64,000 nucleotides of DNA, taken from contig OZ193910.1 of assembly GCA_964276515.1 (NCBI GenBank), positions 5,704,001 through 5,768,000 of the forward strand, read 5' to 3'. Source of the DNA: Gordius albopunctatus (taxonomy: Eukaryota). The notes under the pieces were generated by a model. It did not search any database. It saw only the letters and a list, made by a program, of their open reading frames with translations, and was not told where the DNA came from. Position numbers and translations under genes: made by a program. The first letter of the stretch is position 1. Every line of letters begins with the position of its first letter. Positions 39,608 to 53,700 of the stretch are shown piece by piece.

Positions 39608-40129
39608 TAGTGTATCTACAGCGGGCCGTTTTTAGGAGGTCGGCCAGTCTGTACCCGTTTTGAAATCCTGAACGTCATCCCAAGCCCGTCCGTAAACTTT
39701 TTCTGTACATTTCAGGCCTGTTCATACCCATTTCGAAAAATTTCAGGCCCGCCCGGGATTTTCCGTAATAATTTCCTGCACTTCATGCCCGGCCCCTACC
39801 AAGATAGGCCCGTTAACCTCGGCCCAATATTAAATCTAAAATGTATGCAACATTTATTGCGTTTAACACATATTATTATTAAGATCTTCCGAGCAATTAG
39901 ACTGGATATTTTTAAGGGTTTCACTACAAGCCACACCTCAATCTGTAAAAATAAAATTTTAGGCCCGTTCGAGCCCATTATGAAACTTCTTTGGCCCGCC
40001 CGAGCCCGTTATAAAACTTTTTTGGCCCTCCCGAGCCCGGTACGTTAAAAATTTTTCTTTTCAAATCTCGTTAGTACCCATCCGTGGACCGGGTTTTTAG
40101 GCCCGTCCGTCTGCCCGTGCAGATCTCTA
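39608..40129. mobile_element. Degenerate MITE with GCCCG subterminal repeats
   Basis: Termini TAGTGTATCTACAGCGGGC and GCCCGTGCAGATCTCTA; clustered GCCCG motifs. Confidence 0.55.
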
Positions 40130-41039
40130 GTTTGAACACATCTAGGTAAATAATTTATAATTACATCTTGAGATGACAGCATCAGGCCCGTCTAGTTTAA
40201 ATTCAGGAGACATGGTATTCAAGCATATCCTTAATTGTCAGATATATATTTTAATTCGCCATATCATCTTTTTACAATAAACTACCTCTTAAAATTCAAT
40301 TATAATTACACATTTTAATTAAAATCTTATTCGGTTCAAAACCTTAAAATTTACTGCCCCTAGCCAGATAAAATTTAAAAATTTATATCACATTTCATGC
40401 CACGTCATATGACCGACTGGATTAGGCATATACTGCCCATGGTTTGTTTTAGAATAGGATTTTATTAACTTATCATTTTGGTAAGGGAAAAACTTTATAA
40501 AAAGGTATATCGTGCTAACTAGGAATGGTCATATAATTTTATATAAATTAAAATCTTTTTGATTTAATTAATCTTCAATCAACGCTGCACCATATTATGT
40601 TCAATGAATAAACATCATTTTACTTAATGTAATAATGAAGAATGAATTAACTAATAGGCCAAGTATAAAAAATTGACAATCAATATATATTTAATTAGCC
40701 TTGATTACTAAGTGATGATGCATGAATTAAATACGCAGTGTTATAGAAAAGATATTCAAGAAGTGCAATTTACATTTTAAATTTTTATAAACGGTGTTAA
40801 TTAATAAAAGGTGACTAACTTTAATTGGACAATTTTTAATAACAATTATACTATATTTTATATTTTTACCGGTGATCAGTCATTTCAACACTAATTTCTA
40901 TTCTTTAATATCCTTGAACATTTTTCTACGTTTTTTATAACATATCAGGTTCTTATTGTGAATTAACTTAAAACTTGCTTTAATATATGTTGTGTCCAGA
41001 TTCCAGTTCATTTATCATTAAATTTATGTTCCTTCTCAA

Positions 41040-44000
41040 TTATTTTTCTTGACATTCTTTTAAGCATTCTCATCCCCATCAATCCTATTTTCAATTGTGA
41101 GGAATACAGTATAATTATTTAAGGTCTTTTGATTTTTTTCTTTGCTATGACTATTTATCATAGGTTGATAGTCAGTCATTCCAATTTTATTTACCATTTG
41201 TCCCTATAATTTTATATATATCTTTATTTATCCTGTATATTTCATATTCCTTGTCATTTTCCCGTGAGTTTTATAATCTTAATTTTCTTTCCGAAGTACC
41301 CATCATCCCTCCTTGCATGACCATATCTTCTTAAATCAGCATGGTCTTCATTGATGTTGTGCATTGATTTCACCTTATTTCTTCATTATTTTTATGTTCG
41401 TTTTGCTTACTCTAGCATTCATATGTCCCACTAGTTGTTGCTCTTCCCGCTCCCGTATAGCCCAAGATTGGGAGCTATACACAATTGTTAGATGTATGAT
41501 TGACCTATACAATTTGGGATCACCCATTGGCGGTGAAAAACCTCTTATAAATTTTCTCCATAAAAACCTCAAAATTTTAAAATCTAAAACAGAACTTTTA
41601 AAATGCTTGCCTGCACATCACTCTTTTTACATAATAAAAAACTATTTTAACATTTAAAAGATTAATCATTGTTTTCGCTCATCTGGTGCATTTTTACACC
41701 CAGAAGTTTTAAAGTCGTACGAAGGCTTTTTAAAAACTTTATTAGAAAAAATTTAAAATTCTCTTCCAACCAAATCTGGAGGATTGGGAATTCGTCCTCC
41801 CGGCAGCATATCACTAGCTGCTTTTATTTCCTCTTTTAAGTCGGTCCAAAACTTAATTTTTAATCTCACAACACATGATTCCGACCCTCTGCTAACTCAA
41901 GCCTTAGAGCTTTGGAATTTGAATGTCACACCCGAGACCATTCAACCTCAAAGTACGAGACAAAAGGATTGTGATTCTGGACTCGTATCGCGCTCCGTTG
42001 ATTACCTTTTATCGAGCAGCGATGATAGCCAGCATTACAACCTTAGGTCCCTCGCTTTTAACGGTTCCCGTCACGAGTGGCTTGAAGCCTATCCCAGCAA
42101 ACTTTTGGGAATGCTGCTTGAAGACTTTGAGCTATCATATTCCATAGTTTTAAGGTTGGGGATCCGTTACAGCAGGGAATTCAATTGTCGAAACTGTCTT
42201 TCCAATGTAGACGAATATGCTAGGCACCTTCTACACTGCCTACCAAACAAATATAAATATTTTAGGCACACTAAAGCCAATTTATTAATTCAAGCTGCAC
42301 TTAAAAAGGCCAAAATTTCCTCAATTCTTGAGCCGTCAGATTCCTCTTTTGAAGGTAGGATGCGCCCTGACGGCTCTTCCCTAGTCCCCTGGAAAAATAG
42401 CCTATCCCTCAAATGGGATTTTACTTGTATTGACCTATTTGCCCCTTCCCATTTTAATTACAACCCTATCGCTACAGCAGAAGAGCGTAAAACTACAAAG
42501 TACTCTGCCCTTTTGGCATCCAATATTTTTATCCCTGTCGTTGCCTCGTGCTCCGGTTCCTTCGGTTTTTTAAAGAAATCGGAAAACGCTCACCGAAATC
42601 TAAAATTTCGGCGTCCTTTTTACTCAGACAACAACTAGGGATTCTTGTTGTACGATACAACTTTAAATCCTTTGCCGACTCATGGCCCATTTTAGAAGAT
42701 AATGATATAGATCTTTGTATTTAACCAATATGTCTTTATTTATATTTGTATTTCGCTTATTTATGTAACTTTGTTTCGTGAAAATAAACTTTTTAACCAA
42801 AAAAAAATTTTCCCTTCAGTCTTGTTAGGATTTTTTTGTCCCACAAAACGCCTGTTAAATCTCTCCATTTAAGCCAACCTGCATTTATCCATGCTTGAAC
42901 TTCTTTATCCATTCCACCACTACTCGCTTGAAGCGTTGATCTTAGATATTAGAGGGACTCCACACTTTTAACTTACCACCCGCCTAATATAATGTATGCA
43001 CATTGCATGCTCATCTAAATTTCTTTCAATTTATTCTAAAACTACTTGTTCTATTACCTTTACTCATGCATAAAAGTATTAGCCATCTCTGGTTCAGTTT
43101 TGACACAAAGGATTATAGTGTCTGCAAGGAAAAATTCCCAAGAAGCTTACTTAACTAGGAATGGACTAAAAGCTGACCTTGTCAAACTAGTCCCAACCGT
43201 AGTTCTAACGAACGTTCTATTTTACATGTATATATTTTTTATGGATGTGAAGCATATTTCAGGCAGCTTGTTTGCTTTAAAACATCTTTATATGCGCTAT
43301 AATCTTTATCGAAAACCTTTTTTAAAATGATAAAACACATATGCAAATCCTTCTCCCACCTAAACATTTTCATTAATCTTCTACCACTGGTCAGGGCATT
43401 TGCTGTTAGTTATCTCTGATTTTAACCAAACTCTAACGGCGTTTTTCCATCACATTTTTTAACCTTTGAAAGTGTGACTCATAAGCTTTATCCCTCTAGT
43501 TAAATCCGGATATTAAATTTCAACTTTTAGATCGGTATATAGCTAACCCTCCACGCGTTATGCATTTGATCTCTTTTCAAAGTGTTGTTGAAAAGTTCGC
43601 GGATTTGCACACCAGTATTTCCTAAGGCTTTATAACCTTTCCGACCCGTCAGCTTTACCCAATTTTAATTTACCCATAGCAACTTTGACCTCCTTTTCCA
43701 AGATCCAATCCCCTGCGGTCTCATTATTATACTTTCTTGGTTTTGACCTTCGACTAAGGGCCCCTTTTCAATTGATAAATCAAAATCACTGTAATAGTCG
43801 TACTATTTTTGTAATATTTAGCTGTCCTATAACAGTATTCTACATTTTGTCCATTGATTAGCCGACATTTTACTTAGTCTTTTGAAATTCAAGCCCTCTG
43901 CTTGGCGATAGCGTAGGTTAATACTACCTTTTCCTAACTATTTTATCCTTCGTTTAGATCCTGGTCTCATTTGTTTTTACGTTTAACACACATCTTTTGG

Positions 44001-44760
44001 GCCCTCTTTTAAACATTTGGTAAGGGTTGCTTATTAAAATAATCTTTGCTTTTATCCCAAACTTTGTATATATTCTTCTCTTCTTTGATACATTTTTGTA
44101 CATCTTCATTCCTCAACCAAGGCTCCTTAAAAGATCTTTTAGGAAACTTATTTTTTCCTAATATTTACCGTCCATTCCACTGGTCGCGAAGTTTTTCTAT
44201 AAGTTTAGCCATTCTCCGTATTTTGTCGAAATTTGTGAGTATCCTCCTAGAGTCTTTGCACTTACGCCAGCCAGTATTGTAAGGCAATCACTCGGTATTA
44301 CTTTTACCATTCTAATCTGTTGACGAGAAAGAGGTATATCTGAGGGATATAGCTGCCGCTTTTCTAGGTTATTAGGTCCTCCCTTCTCTACTTGAAGAGG
44401 GGATGGGCAATAGCTAATATAAATGCTGGAGCAATTTGTAAACTTCTGTATCTCCTTCATTTCCTAAAACATAACCCTGACTTTCATACCCTTCTCTTGA
44501 TTTACCCACGGGTTCATTGAGATCCGTTTCGAAAACTATGAGCCCATCTTTACCAAATTTTAATTGCTTATCCTAAGCTGCGACAAAATCTTTTCTTCCT
44601 TGGAGCCCACTTTAAGGAGCGTATGCTGATGTAACAATAATCATCTTCGTTTTAAAATACAAATGGATTGCCATAATTCTATCGATCCTTTTTACTCGAC
44701 GATGCTTTGTCGAAATTTCTCCAATATTATATCCACACTATTTTAGGCATTTTGGTGCCG
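41040..44760 (-). mobile_element. Old, highly decayed RTE-like LINE interrupted by a CRE element
   Basis: Minus-strand relics GVLWDKK..RLKGK/LYRSII..IVYSSQSW and YGHARRDD.YFGKKI (RTE C-terminal region), plus APE-like IIVTSAYAP near 44620. Boundaries approximate. Confidence 0.65.
41516..42807 (+). mobile_element. 5'-truncated CRE-clade non-LTR retrotransposon (zinc knuckle + restriction-like endonuclease) with poly(A) tail
   Basis: Motifs LGSPIG, LPTKSGGLGIR, CRNC...HLLHC...RH, RPDG..LVPW...WDFTC and AEERK..KY. AATAAA near 42783 and A-tail at 42799-42807. Short AATTT duplication at the junctions. Confidence 0.85.
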
Positions 44761-45862
44761 ACGGAACTAGGTTAGATTTAGATGTTTGACAACCCTACTT
44801 TTCCTTAAGACCTATATTACCTTTAAGCCTTATTGGAATTAATGTTAAAATGAATATTTAAACCAAACATATAAAAATGCGTCTTAAAGGGATCGGATAG
44901 ATATATTTTTAATGAGAATACTTAATAAGCAAAACTTATATTAATGTCAGGTTTACTATGCTAACACCACTCGTCTTGTCGCATCTCGTCTTGCATATTT
45001 TCTTGCCCATTGTTCAAAGTGGAGCAATATTTCGAACACTCTTAGTTTTACTTTAAAATTAAAAAGCCCTAATTTGCTCCATGGTCTTTAGGTAACCTTT
45101 TCCCTGAAGCAAATCAAAAATATTTTTCCACCTTTTGGGTTTTAATTTCATTTCATTTATAATAGTTTGCAATGTTATTAAAACTCCATTAGCAAAAGTG
45201 AAAACTACTTTTTATTACGATTCTTTTAAACTTAAAATATATTAGATAAGAGGTCTTTAAGATATTTATAATAAAACATTTTACTTCTTCCGTTTTCTAC
45301 ACAAGCGTGCATGATAACACTCAAGGTTCTTTTTAACATTACCACTTACGTCATTAATTATTTAGCCAATAATGTAATTTGCCATATCAAACGCTAATCT
45401 CCGCAAAACTTTATCTCAAGACTGTTGTTAAAGCCACGACGATTGTATAAATTATTTGTACTAGTATGTGGCTTACGGCATAACTTTAGTACGTAATTAT
45501 GAGGGCGTAGAAGGTGAGACGGTTCCTTCTTTTAATCAATAATCCAATAATCGTTTCGTTCATAAGAGGAGACCAGCATTTACGTTTGAGTATGCACTTT
45601 GTTATTGACGTCTCCTTTTCCTCCTCCGCTGTCCATCCTCCTAACCCCAGTGACGTTAAATTTAAGTCATAAAAGGTAATGGATAATACTATTGATACAG
45701 ATTTATAGCCAGCTTTTGAATTCGGGGGGGGGGGGGGCAGATAACAAAAAATTTTCCTTGACTATCCCAAAATTTTTCCTGAGAGCAAAAAAAAAGGTCT
45801 CGCCTATCCAAAAAAATTTTCCGGATTCAAATTTGGCTAATTGGGGGGGGGGGGGCAGCGCC

Positions 45863-46125
45863 TTAAATTCTAACTTTCATTAAATCCTATAGACGAACAC
45901 AACTCGTTCTCTCCATCCAGCTCTACACTTTCCACTTGGCATGCTAAAATTTTCAATACAATTTATATTATGAATATTATTTTTAAATTAAAAATTAAAT
46001 TCACAACAATCATATATTTTTAACTAAGCTTAAATTCTAACTTTTATTAAATCCTACAGGCGAACACAACTCGTTCTATCCTACCAGCTCTACACTCCTC
46101 ACTTTCCTTTGGCATGCTATAATTT
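45863..46125 (+). repeat. Imperfect ~90-bp direct duplication
   Basis: TTAAATTCTAACTTT...GAACACAACTCGTTCT...GGCATGCTA occurs at ~45863-45950 and ~46030-46120. Confidence 0.8.
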
Positions 46126-46911
46126 AAAAATTTGATATAATTAAATATCAAAAACATGCAATTACTATATAATGATGATACAGAAAAAAATAGATGTCTG
46201 AAAACCTATATAAAAAGTTTTGCAATTTACTAAAAAATACTGAATTAGCCCAAGCCCCACAAAATTTTTAATAACTATAAAAATAATCAATATTCATAAT
46301 CAGATTAATGTAATATAGAATATACCTGCATAAATTACTATTTTTAAATCATAAAATTATTTAAATAAATTTAAAGTATTTCATAAATTTTTCTGAAATT
46401 TATATATAATTAATAAATATGCCGAAAATTATTTAAGCAAAACACATAAAATTTTCAAAAAAGTCTTTGCTAAATAATTAAAATACTGAAATAAATATTA
46501 TCAAAGGTCAATAAAGATTCAAAATAAAATTTTTTAACTTACCGTTTTTAATAAAGTATGTATGAATATCCATTAAATTTGAAATTGGTAGGGAAATTAA
46601 TTTGAATGTATTATGTAAGTATGTATTAATTTTAGGAATAGGAAATAAATAATGACTACACAAACACAATCGCAACTAGTAATCTAAAATCTCAAATTTA
46701 GATTTAATTTTACCAAAATAATTTAAATTTATGTGTAAATTCCTAATATAAGCCTCTGTATTTATTTGAGTTAAGTTCAAACGGGGGGGGGGGGCAAAAC
46801 ATAATTTTTTTTAATTTTTAAGGGTTTTTTGTATTGAAATTTTTCTTTTTTTCTAAATTAGGGGGGGGGACGCCCCCCCCTGGCTACACCCATGAGTGGA
46901 TGTAGCTGTAG

Positions 46912-47149
46912 CAGGCACGTAGCCAGGATTTTCTCAAGGGTAAAGAAAATTTATTTATAATGTAACAAAAGTAAACTTAGCAGCGCTATATAACCAGCTT
47001 TGGAAAAATCTCTTCTCTTCATCAACTAGAGCATTTACTACCAATTTTATACATTAAAAAGGACATGGACCTTCAAAAAAAATTCAAATTTTGGTCAAGG
47101 GGGTTGGGGAAAAAAATTCCCGCTTTCTGCCCTCTTGGCTACTCGCCTG
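46912..47149. mobile_element. hAT-type MITE
   Basis: TIR CAGGCACGTAGCCA/TGGCTACTCGCCTG; perfect 8-bp TSD AGCTGTAG (46904-46911, 47150-47157). Confidence 0.85.
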
Positions 47150-47784
47150 AGCTGTAGTTAGACGTGTACAACTACGAATAGGCTATTTTATTTAGATTTA
47201 TTAAAACTGCATGAAATTTTGATAAATTTTAAATGTTATTGTAAATTCCAGACTGAAAAGTGCTTATTAAAGCTTAAATAAGATTAACTATATTCTAAAT
47301 TTACACATGATATAAATGAATTTCAATAATTTTAATAAATTGGAAAACTATTAATTTATCTACTGTGAAAAAATCTCTAATAATTAACTATATTCAGCCC
47401 CACTATCGATCAAAATAAATTTCAGTTTAATACTACAAATTTATCAACACAAGAAATTTTATGTATCAAGCCCATTTACAATTCTCATCTCTAATTAACG
47501 ATCCTTCCTAAATGTTTTATTTTATAAAACAAGAGACCATACAAGCTATATTCGGCTTGAAATAAATTAATTTCAAGCCTTATTTTCTAAATTTAATATA
47601 AAAAATATATCCATGAAACATCTAAATATTATTCTCTGTCTTTTTAGAATAAAGTAAAAATATTATCAACCATTAAATGAAATATTTCTATTAATTCGCC
47701 AAGTGCCTAAAATATTGATTTGCATTTATTATATCTAGCATTTAAAAAATTATTGACTGGTGAAATTGGAGTTAAATTAAAAAC

Positions 47785-50700
47785 ATGCAGCATGGGCCTA
47801 GTCACATCGTAGATGATGAAGATGCAAAATATTGTGCAAACGGAATAAATGTTAGAGCGGCTAATCTATATTCTCTGACAAGGTTATCCATTCAGGCCTT
47901 CGGTAACACACGAATATATCTTATTTATATCGTGAACATGAATTTATATATTTCCCGTTTGTTGATCGGTGTGGTTTATATTTGCAAATATTAGTAACAA
48001 CAAATTAGATTAAAATTAGATTTAACTTATTCTAACCTCATTCTCCAATCAGATTGATTTTGCAATAAAAATATTTTATTTTTATATATATATGCAGATG
48101 AAAATGGAAATGCAACGAAAAATAATTGGGGCCTTCCCAAAATATATTTTCTTATGTATAAATGGTTTACTACCACTGAAGATTTGATAGGCATTTTTGA
48201 AAATTTATATCCTTTTGAATAACTATATATATATTTAAAATTCTTAAATTGTAAGTAAGAGTTGTTGAGAATAATAATGTAGTTAATTATTATAAATACC
48301 TTGATTAAATTTAAGTTTATAAGATAAATTTTTTAATTTAAACTTTTTAAATTGAAGATTTTAATAAAAATCGTTTATTTAACCTCCTGGAAAAGGGAAA
48401 TGGCAAAAGCATTTGGTTCCAACCCCCTCCCACGTTACAACCCCCTCCAAACGATGCCCGCATTTAATAAATTATAATTTCCAAATGTAATTAATATTCA
48501 ATGTTCAAATTTTTGTTTTAGAATTAAAATTAATTCAAAAATTATTGTCCAATAAATATTAATAATATTGAAGACTCATAAATACACGATACAAATTGGT
48601 AATCATGAAATGCTTTTATAAGTAACTTTTATAATTAGTTTTCTTAAAATTTCTATTTCTATAATAGGTTTAAATAATATTGGAAGTATAAAATACAAAA
48701 TTTATTGGACCAAATCCCAGACCGACTCTAAATTGTTTGTATTCACTCGACCCGACCCATCGCTTTGCAGAACTTATCCGACCCGCCTAAAAAATTCTTT
48801 TTGTATATCAAGACGTTAATATGAGACCGGAATTTTGGTATGAAAAATATACGGTTATTATGTGATAAATTATGGAAATATTTTATTAGATTGGCCTCGC
48901 TGGCTATAAATGTTTCCCTCTTTGCTAGCAATTTGTATTGCTAGTTACAATTCGCTTCTAATTCTATTTTGTTTCTGGCTAGCATTTCGCAAGTGATATT
49001 GGTATTCTCGCTGTCTCTAATTCAGTTTTAGCCAAATCCATTTTTTACTCTTCTAATGGCTACCATAAACGGCTTTTCGCGTCAAAGTTAATTAATCACC
49101 GGATTTTGCGTTTGAGCATATCCCTCAGCCAATGCTTACAAATCGATGTATATAAACGCTCTAAGTGGTCCTACTGCACCTCAAAATATCCATTTTTAAA
49201 TTCCTAAAGTACTATGATTTACCCAAAGGATGCTCACCCTTCACTTCAACAGCATTCTATGCGATTCGGCAGTCGATTTCTTCGTTTTTTTTACATATAT
49301 TAATGCTGTCCGTAAATCGTAAATTATAGGCGATGTTGTATAAAATTTGTATTGGTTTGGTGCTAATAAAACAATTGTTATAATGAAGAAACATGGAATG
49401 AGGGGCACTCTCTTGATTTTATCGTATCTATGTACAATTATCCCTAAGGCAGTAATGATAGAAATTTCTTCCGTTATATACCTAATACCTGGTATTAAGC
49501 ATAAGCTGACTTCCCCGGGGAAAAATGCTCCTCTAAATTCTATAGGTCAAGCAAAATTGTTTTTTGTAATGAGTTAAACATCAGAAATCACAATTCATGA
49601 TGACAATGTAAAAGGTTTGGGACTTAACTAGCATGTGATTGAATTTTGACCTAACATGGATCAGTCCGAAATGACTTGGCAAGTTAACATATTATTTTAG
49701 AAGCGATTTGTCATGGATTTATTTTTTTAATCCTTGCAAGTTTTTAAAAGTATCAATTATCAAAGATTTAAGGAAATTTTCTGATTATTATGTCATCAGC
49801 GTCATACTAAATTATATATTAAGTTTGGCTAGAAAGGTCATAAAATTATAAGGTATCAATCAATAAATGTGTAGCGACTGGTTTTTCAGGGGTAGATATG
49901 TGTCCCACCCGATCCCCTTTAAAAGGAAGCTGGCCGAATCAAGGAAGTCCTATTCAAATAATTCATGGTACCAAAAACGAATTATAAAATGTATTTTTTG
50001 TCGGGTGCTTATTTGAATAGACCTAGTTAATTGATATATTAATGGTTATCCTATAATATAACACTTGTCATTTATTAATGACTGTTAATGTGTGCTTCTA
50101 TGTTTCTTAACTCCCAATTTCCATATGTACATTTGAAGAAAAGTTTGAAATAATAATTTGTGACGTGCCCCAATGCAATCATACCCCAAAGAATAGCATG
50201 TGTGATATAACAAAATTTGTACATCAAATTTGCAATTCGATAAAGTAATAAATCAAGGGCCAAATACTCAAAGAAATAATCGTTATTTATATATGCTAGA
50301 TATTGGATCCAATTATGCCCACAAGATTTCGATTTAAATCAAAAGGCCATAGATAAAATAGCACAATTCAAAAATCAGATAAGTGATGAAGGGTATCAAG
50401 GATTTAGCCAACTTATGACCGTATCCCAGCTGTAATTATTTAATTTTCTTATTTTTTAATTGCAATAAACTTGTATAATGCAATGCTTAGTTATGTATGC
50501 TCATTTTAAATAATCTTCAATAATTTCTTACATCATTTTCAATAGGCCACTCCTAAATCGTCAAGAAGCTATAATTTTATAAAAACTAAGGCCATATCAT
50601 ATTTATGTAAATTGAAATAAGGCTTTAAAACGATTTCGGTTTGGGTAATGAAGAGAAGGCCCGATTTACAACGGGTTTTCTATATTAAAGCGTTTGAACA

Positions 50701-53700
50701 TTATATCGTAAAATAATGAATTATCTCAAAATCAAATTATATATAATTTTCACTAAGTTATTTATCCCACATAAAACACATAAAATGTTTTACATAAACG
50801 CTTTAATCAATTTAACTAACTTTTTATATTTTTATGTCAAAGTTTTAACGGTTCGATATAATATATTAAATAATTTTTTTAATTATTTTATTTAGTTAAC
50901 AGGTTTTAATTTCTAGATTTAATTTTAAAAATTGATTAAATGCTTATAATATAATATTTCCCTCTACCTACTTTATCTTTTGGACCCTCTGATTAAATAC
51001 ATGTATAAAATAAAGTCGCTTAAATTTTAAATTTGTATTAATGCTATGAGATTGGTAAATAGGTAAGAAGTTGATAATCATAGTCTATTTCCTATCTTGG
51101 CGATACATAAATTAATATTCTTCTCTAAATTGGAACTTATATTTATTAAAATGATTTAGAGGAATTAATGGTAAATAATACAAAGTTTAAATGTTTAAAC
51201 AAATACATGTGCTTACTACGACTATATATTTCAAATTACGAACATATTAAACTCAATTTTTTATTTTAATTTAGTCCATCATATGATTGGATGAGAAACG
51301 TTTCAATGAGGCCTTCACCTCAACCTAATCATAAAGCTAGGAAAGTTTCTTTAGTATTTAATCATATAGAACCGCATGAATTGGCCGATCATTTCACCTA
51401 TTTAGATTATAAAGAATGCCGTCGAATAACAGTAAATTACTAATTGTTAACTTATTATATATATAACCATATAATTTTTAAACATATGATTTCAACCAGA
51501 GGTCAGATTTGTTGGGAATTTTCTGCCCGAACCCGGCCCGACTAAATTTTTTAACTTCATTGCCCACCCGAACCCATCTAAGTGTCCGCCGGGGCCCGCC
51601 CGAATTGTTAAAGCTGCCCGAATTGCCCGGCCCGAAATATTAAATTTGCCCGTTAGTCCCGAATTTATGAGGTCCCAAAAAGAGGTCGGAGTAGTTTAAA
51701 TTTTTCTGCCAGAAACCGGACCGGTCCAAATTTTTAACTAAATTGCCCGCCTGAACCCTTCTAAGTGTCGGCTCAGCCATGCCCAAACCATTAGAGCTGC
51801 CCCGCCTGATTAATAAAATTTTCCCGATAGACCTGAAATTATCCAATCCCAAAATCTTTCAACCACTATTACAAAATAAGCATTAAATTAATGGCATATT
51901 GATCCAAACAAAGATGACAATATTTTATCATTCATAATTATTATGTAAAAATAGCAAATCGTCTCCAATTTCCGGGGATAATCTTGTGCGTCTTTCCTCT
52001 ATTAATCTTCCTGCGATAGAAAAACTTCTTTCACTAGCAGCACTCGTGGCCGGGATGGCAAAGAGTATTTTTTGTAAACCTTGCTAATTTAGGATACCTA
52101 AAATAGTTATGATTTTTAATAACTTTAATGTGATTTGTTTGCTTTATTTTTCCACCATGTTTTTTTAGTTGTTAAGAAAAATGAATTACAATTATGCGCA
52201 TTGTTAGAAAATGGCATGAGCCTTTGTTTTAAGTCTAGACGGCACACATGTGTAGTGTATTAACAATGAAATGGCTTTTGGCTACATAAATATAAATAAT
52301 CCAATCCTTTCCATAATGAAGTAGGGCAAAGATTTAACTGAACGCGATAAAAATGTAATAATTAACTACCAGAGAGTAAAATGGTTTCTTCCATAGTATT
52401 AGATTAGAGTAGCAGTTTGCATGAGCGTAACCAGAATTGAAATTAGAGGGGGGCAATAATGATTTAGGGAGTGACAAAATGATCATTTTTTGAAAATTTA
52501 GCCATAATTTTAATACATTTTAACGAATCTTTGAGTTTAGAGGGGGGCAGCTGCCCCTTCCTGCCACCCCGGCGGGCCGGGCATTTCTGGTCTCTGATCA
52601 ACGATAAATTTTTTTTATATAATTGCAGTTTAGCGATTTTAAAAACTATGCCATCAGTGGCGATGTGAAATTGATACCACGGCTCGAAAAATCCATTATA
52701 CTTTTCAATGCATTTTCTCGATGGATACAATGCATGATATTAAATAAAACGACACCTCAACATAGAGCCAAAGTGATGGCTAAGTTTGTTGATGTTACAA
52801 AGGTAAATAAATTAATAAAATAGAATAAATGTACTTTTAATAGCGATTGCTGGAGATTAACAATTTTAATACTCTAATGGCAGTGGTTGGGGGCCTATTG
52901 CACAGTTCTTTAGCACGCTTGTACAAAACCATTTCGTTTTTGCCCTTGGAAACTATCAATATATTAATTGATTTATCGGACTTATTGTCGTCAGCTTTAA
53001 ATTATCAAAACTACAGACGAGCTTTGCAAAAACTCACAACCAATTCATGCAATCATATTAAAAGCGGGGCTGAAGAACCAAACTTACAAAAATGCGAGGA
53101 TTTCAATGAAAAAATAACAATGAGAAAATCACTTCAATCTTTCAAAAACTCTCAAGACACTTTAAAAGCGTTTAACACCCCTGTTTATAACTTGGGTAGC
53201 GCCAAACATAGGGGAGTTATATCAAAGTCTTTTGAATATACATCTCCTTCGCAGAAATTCCTATATTCGCTTAAGTTAGATGACAACCTGGAGATTCGTG
53301 AAAAAGAACGTTGCAGACAAGTAGTAAATTATGTTGCAATCAAGCACACCGCTACCAAAAGTATTTCATTTCTTAAAAGCTCAAATGCCAAAAATTTTTC
53401 ATCGTTTCCCGAAATAATTAATGGTAGCAAGTCCTGTCAAATTGATCATATGAACACCTTTCAAGGCAAAAGTTTGGATTTTTCAACGGGTTCCTATGAC
53501 ATTAAAATCAACGATGGAAATACAATGACAAAAATTAAAAATGAGTCGCTCATCGATTCGATGACAGTAAAGGAGTCATTCAGAATGCCCATTTTAGGGG
53601 TTCATTTAAAAGATTTGATATCGTTAAACGCCGCTTGTCCTGACTACTTAAACGCTGAAGCGCTGTTGATCAATGTGCGCAAAATAACGCTATTGATGCC

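Noticed and set aside
36100..40900. Short AT-rich ORFs (36819, 37847, 38531, 39273, 39785)
   Set aside because: Low-complexity I/K/F/N composition, overlap with MITEs, and no splice-consistent model or domain.
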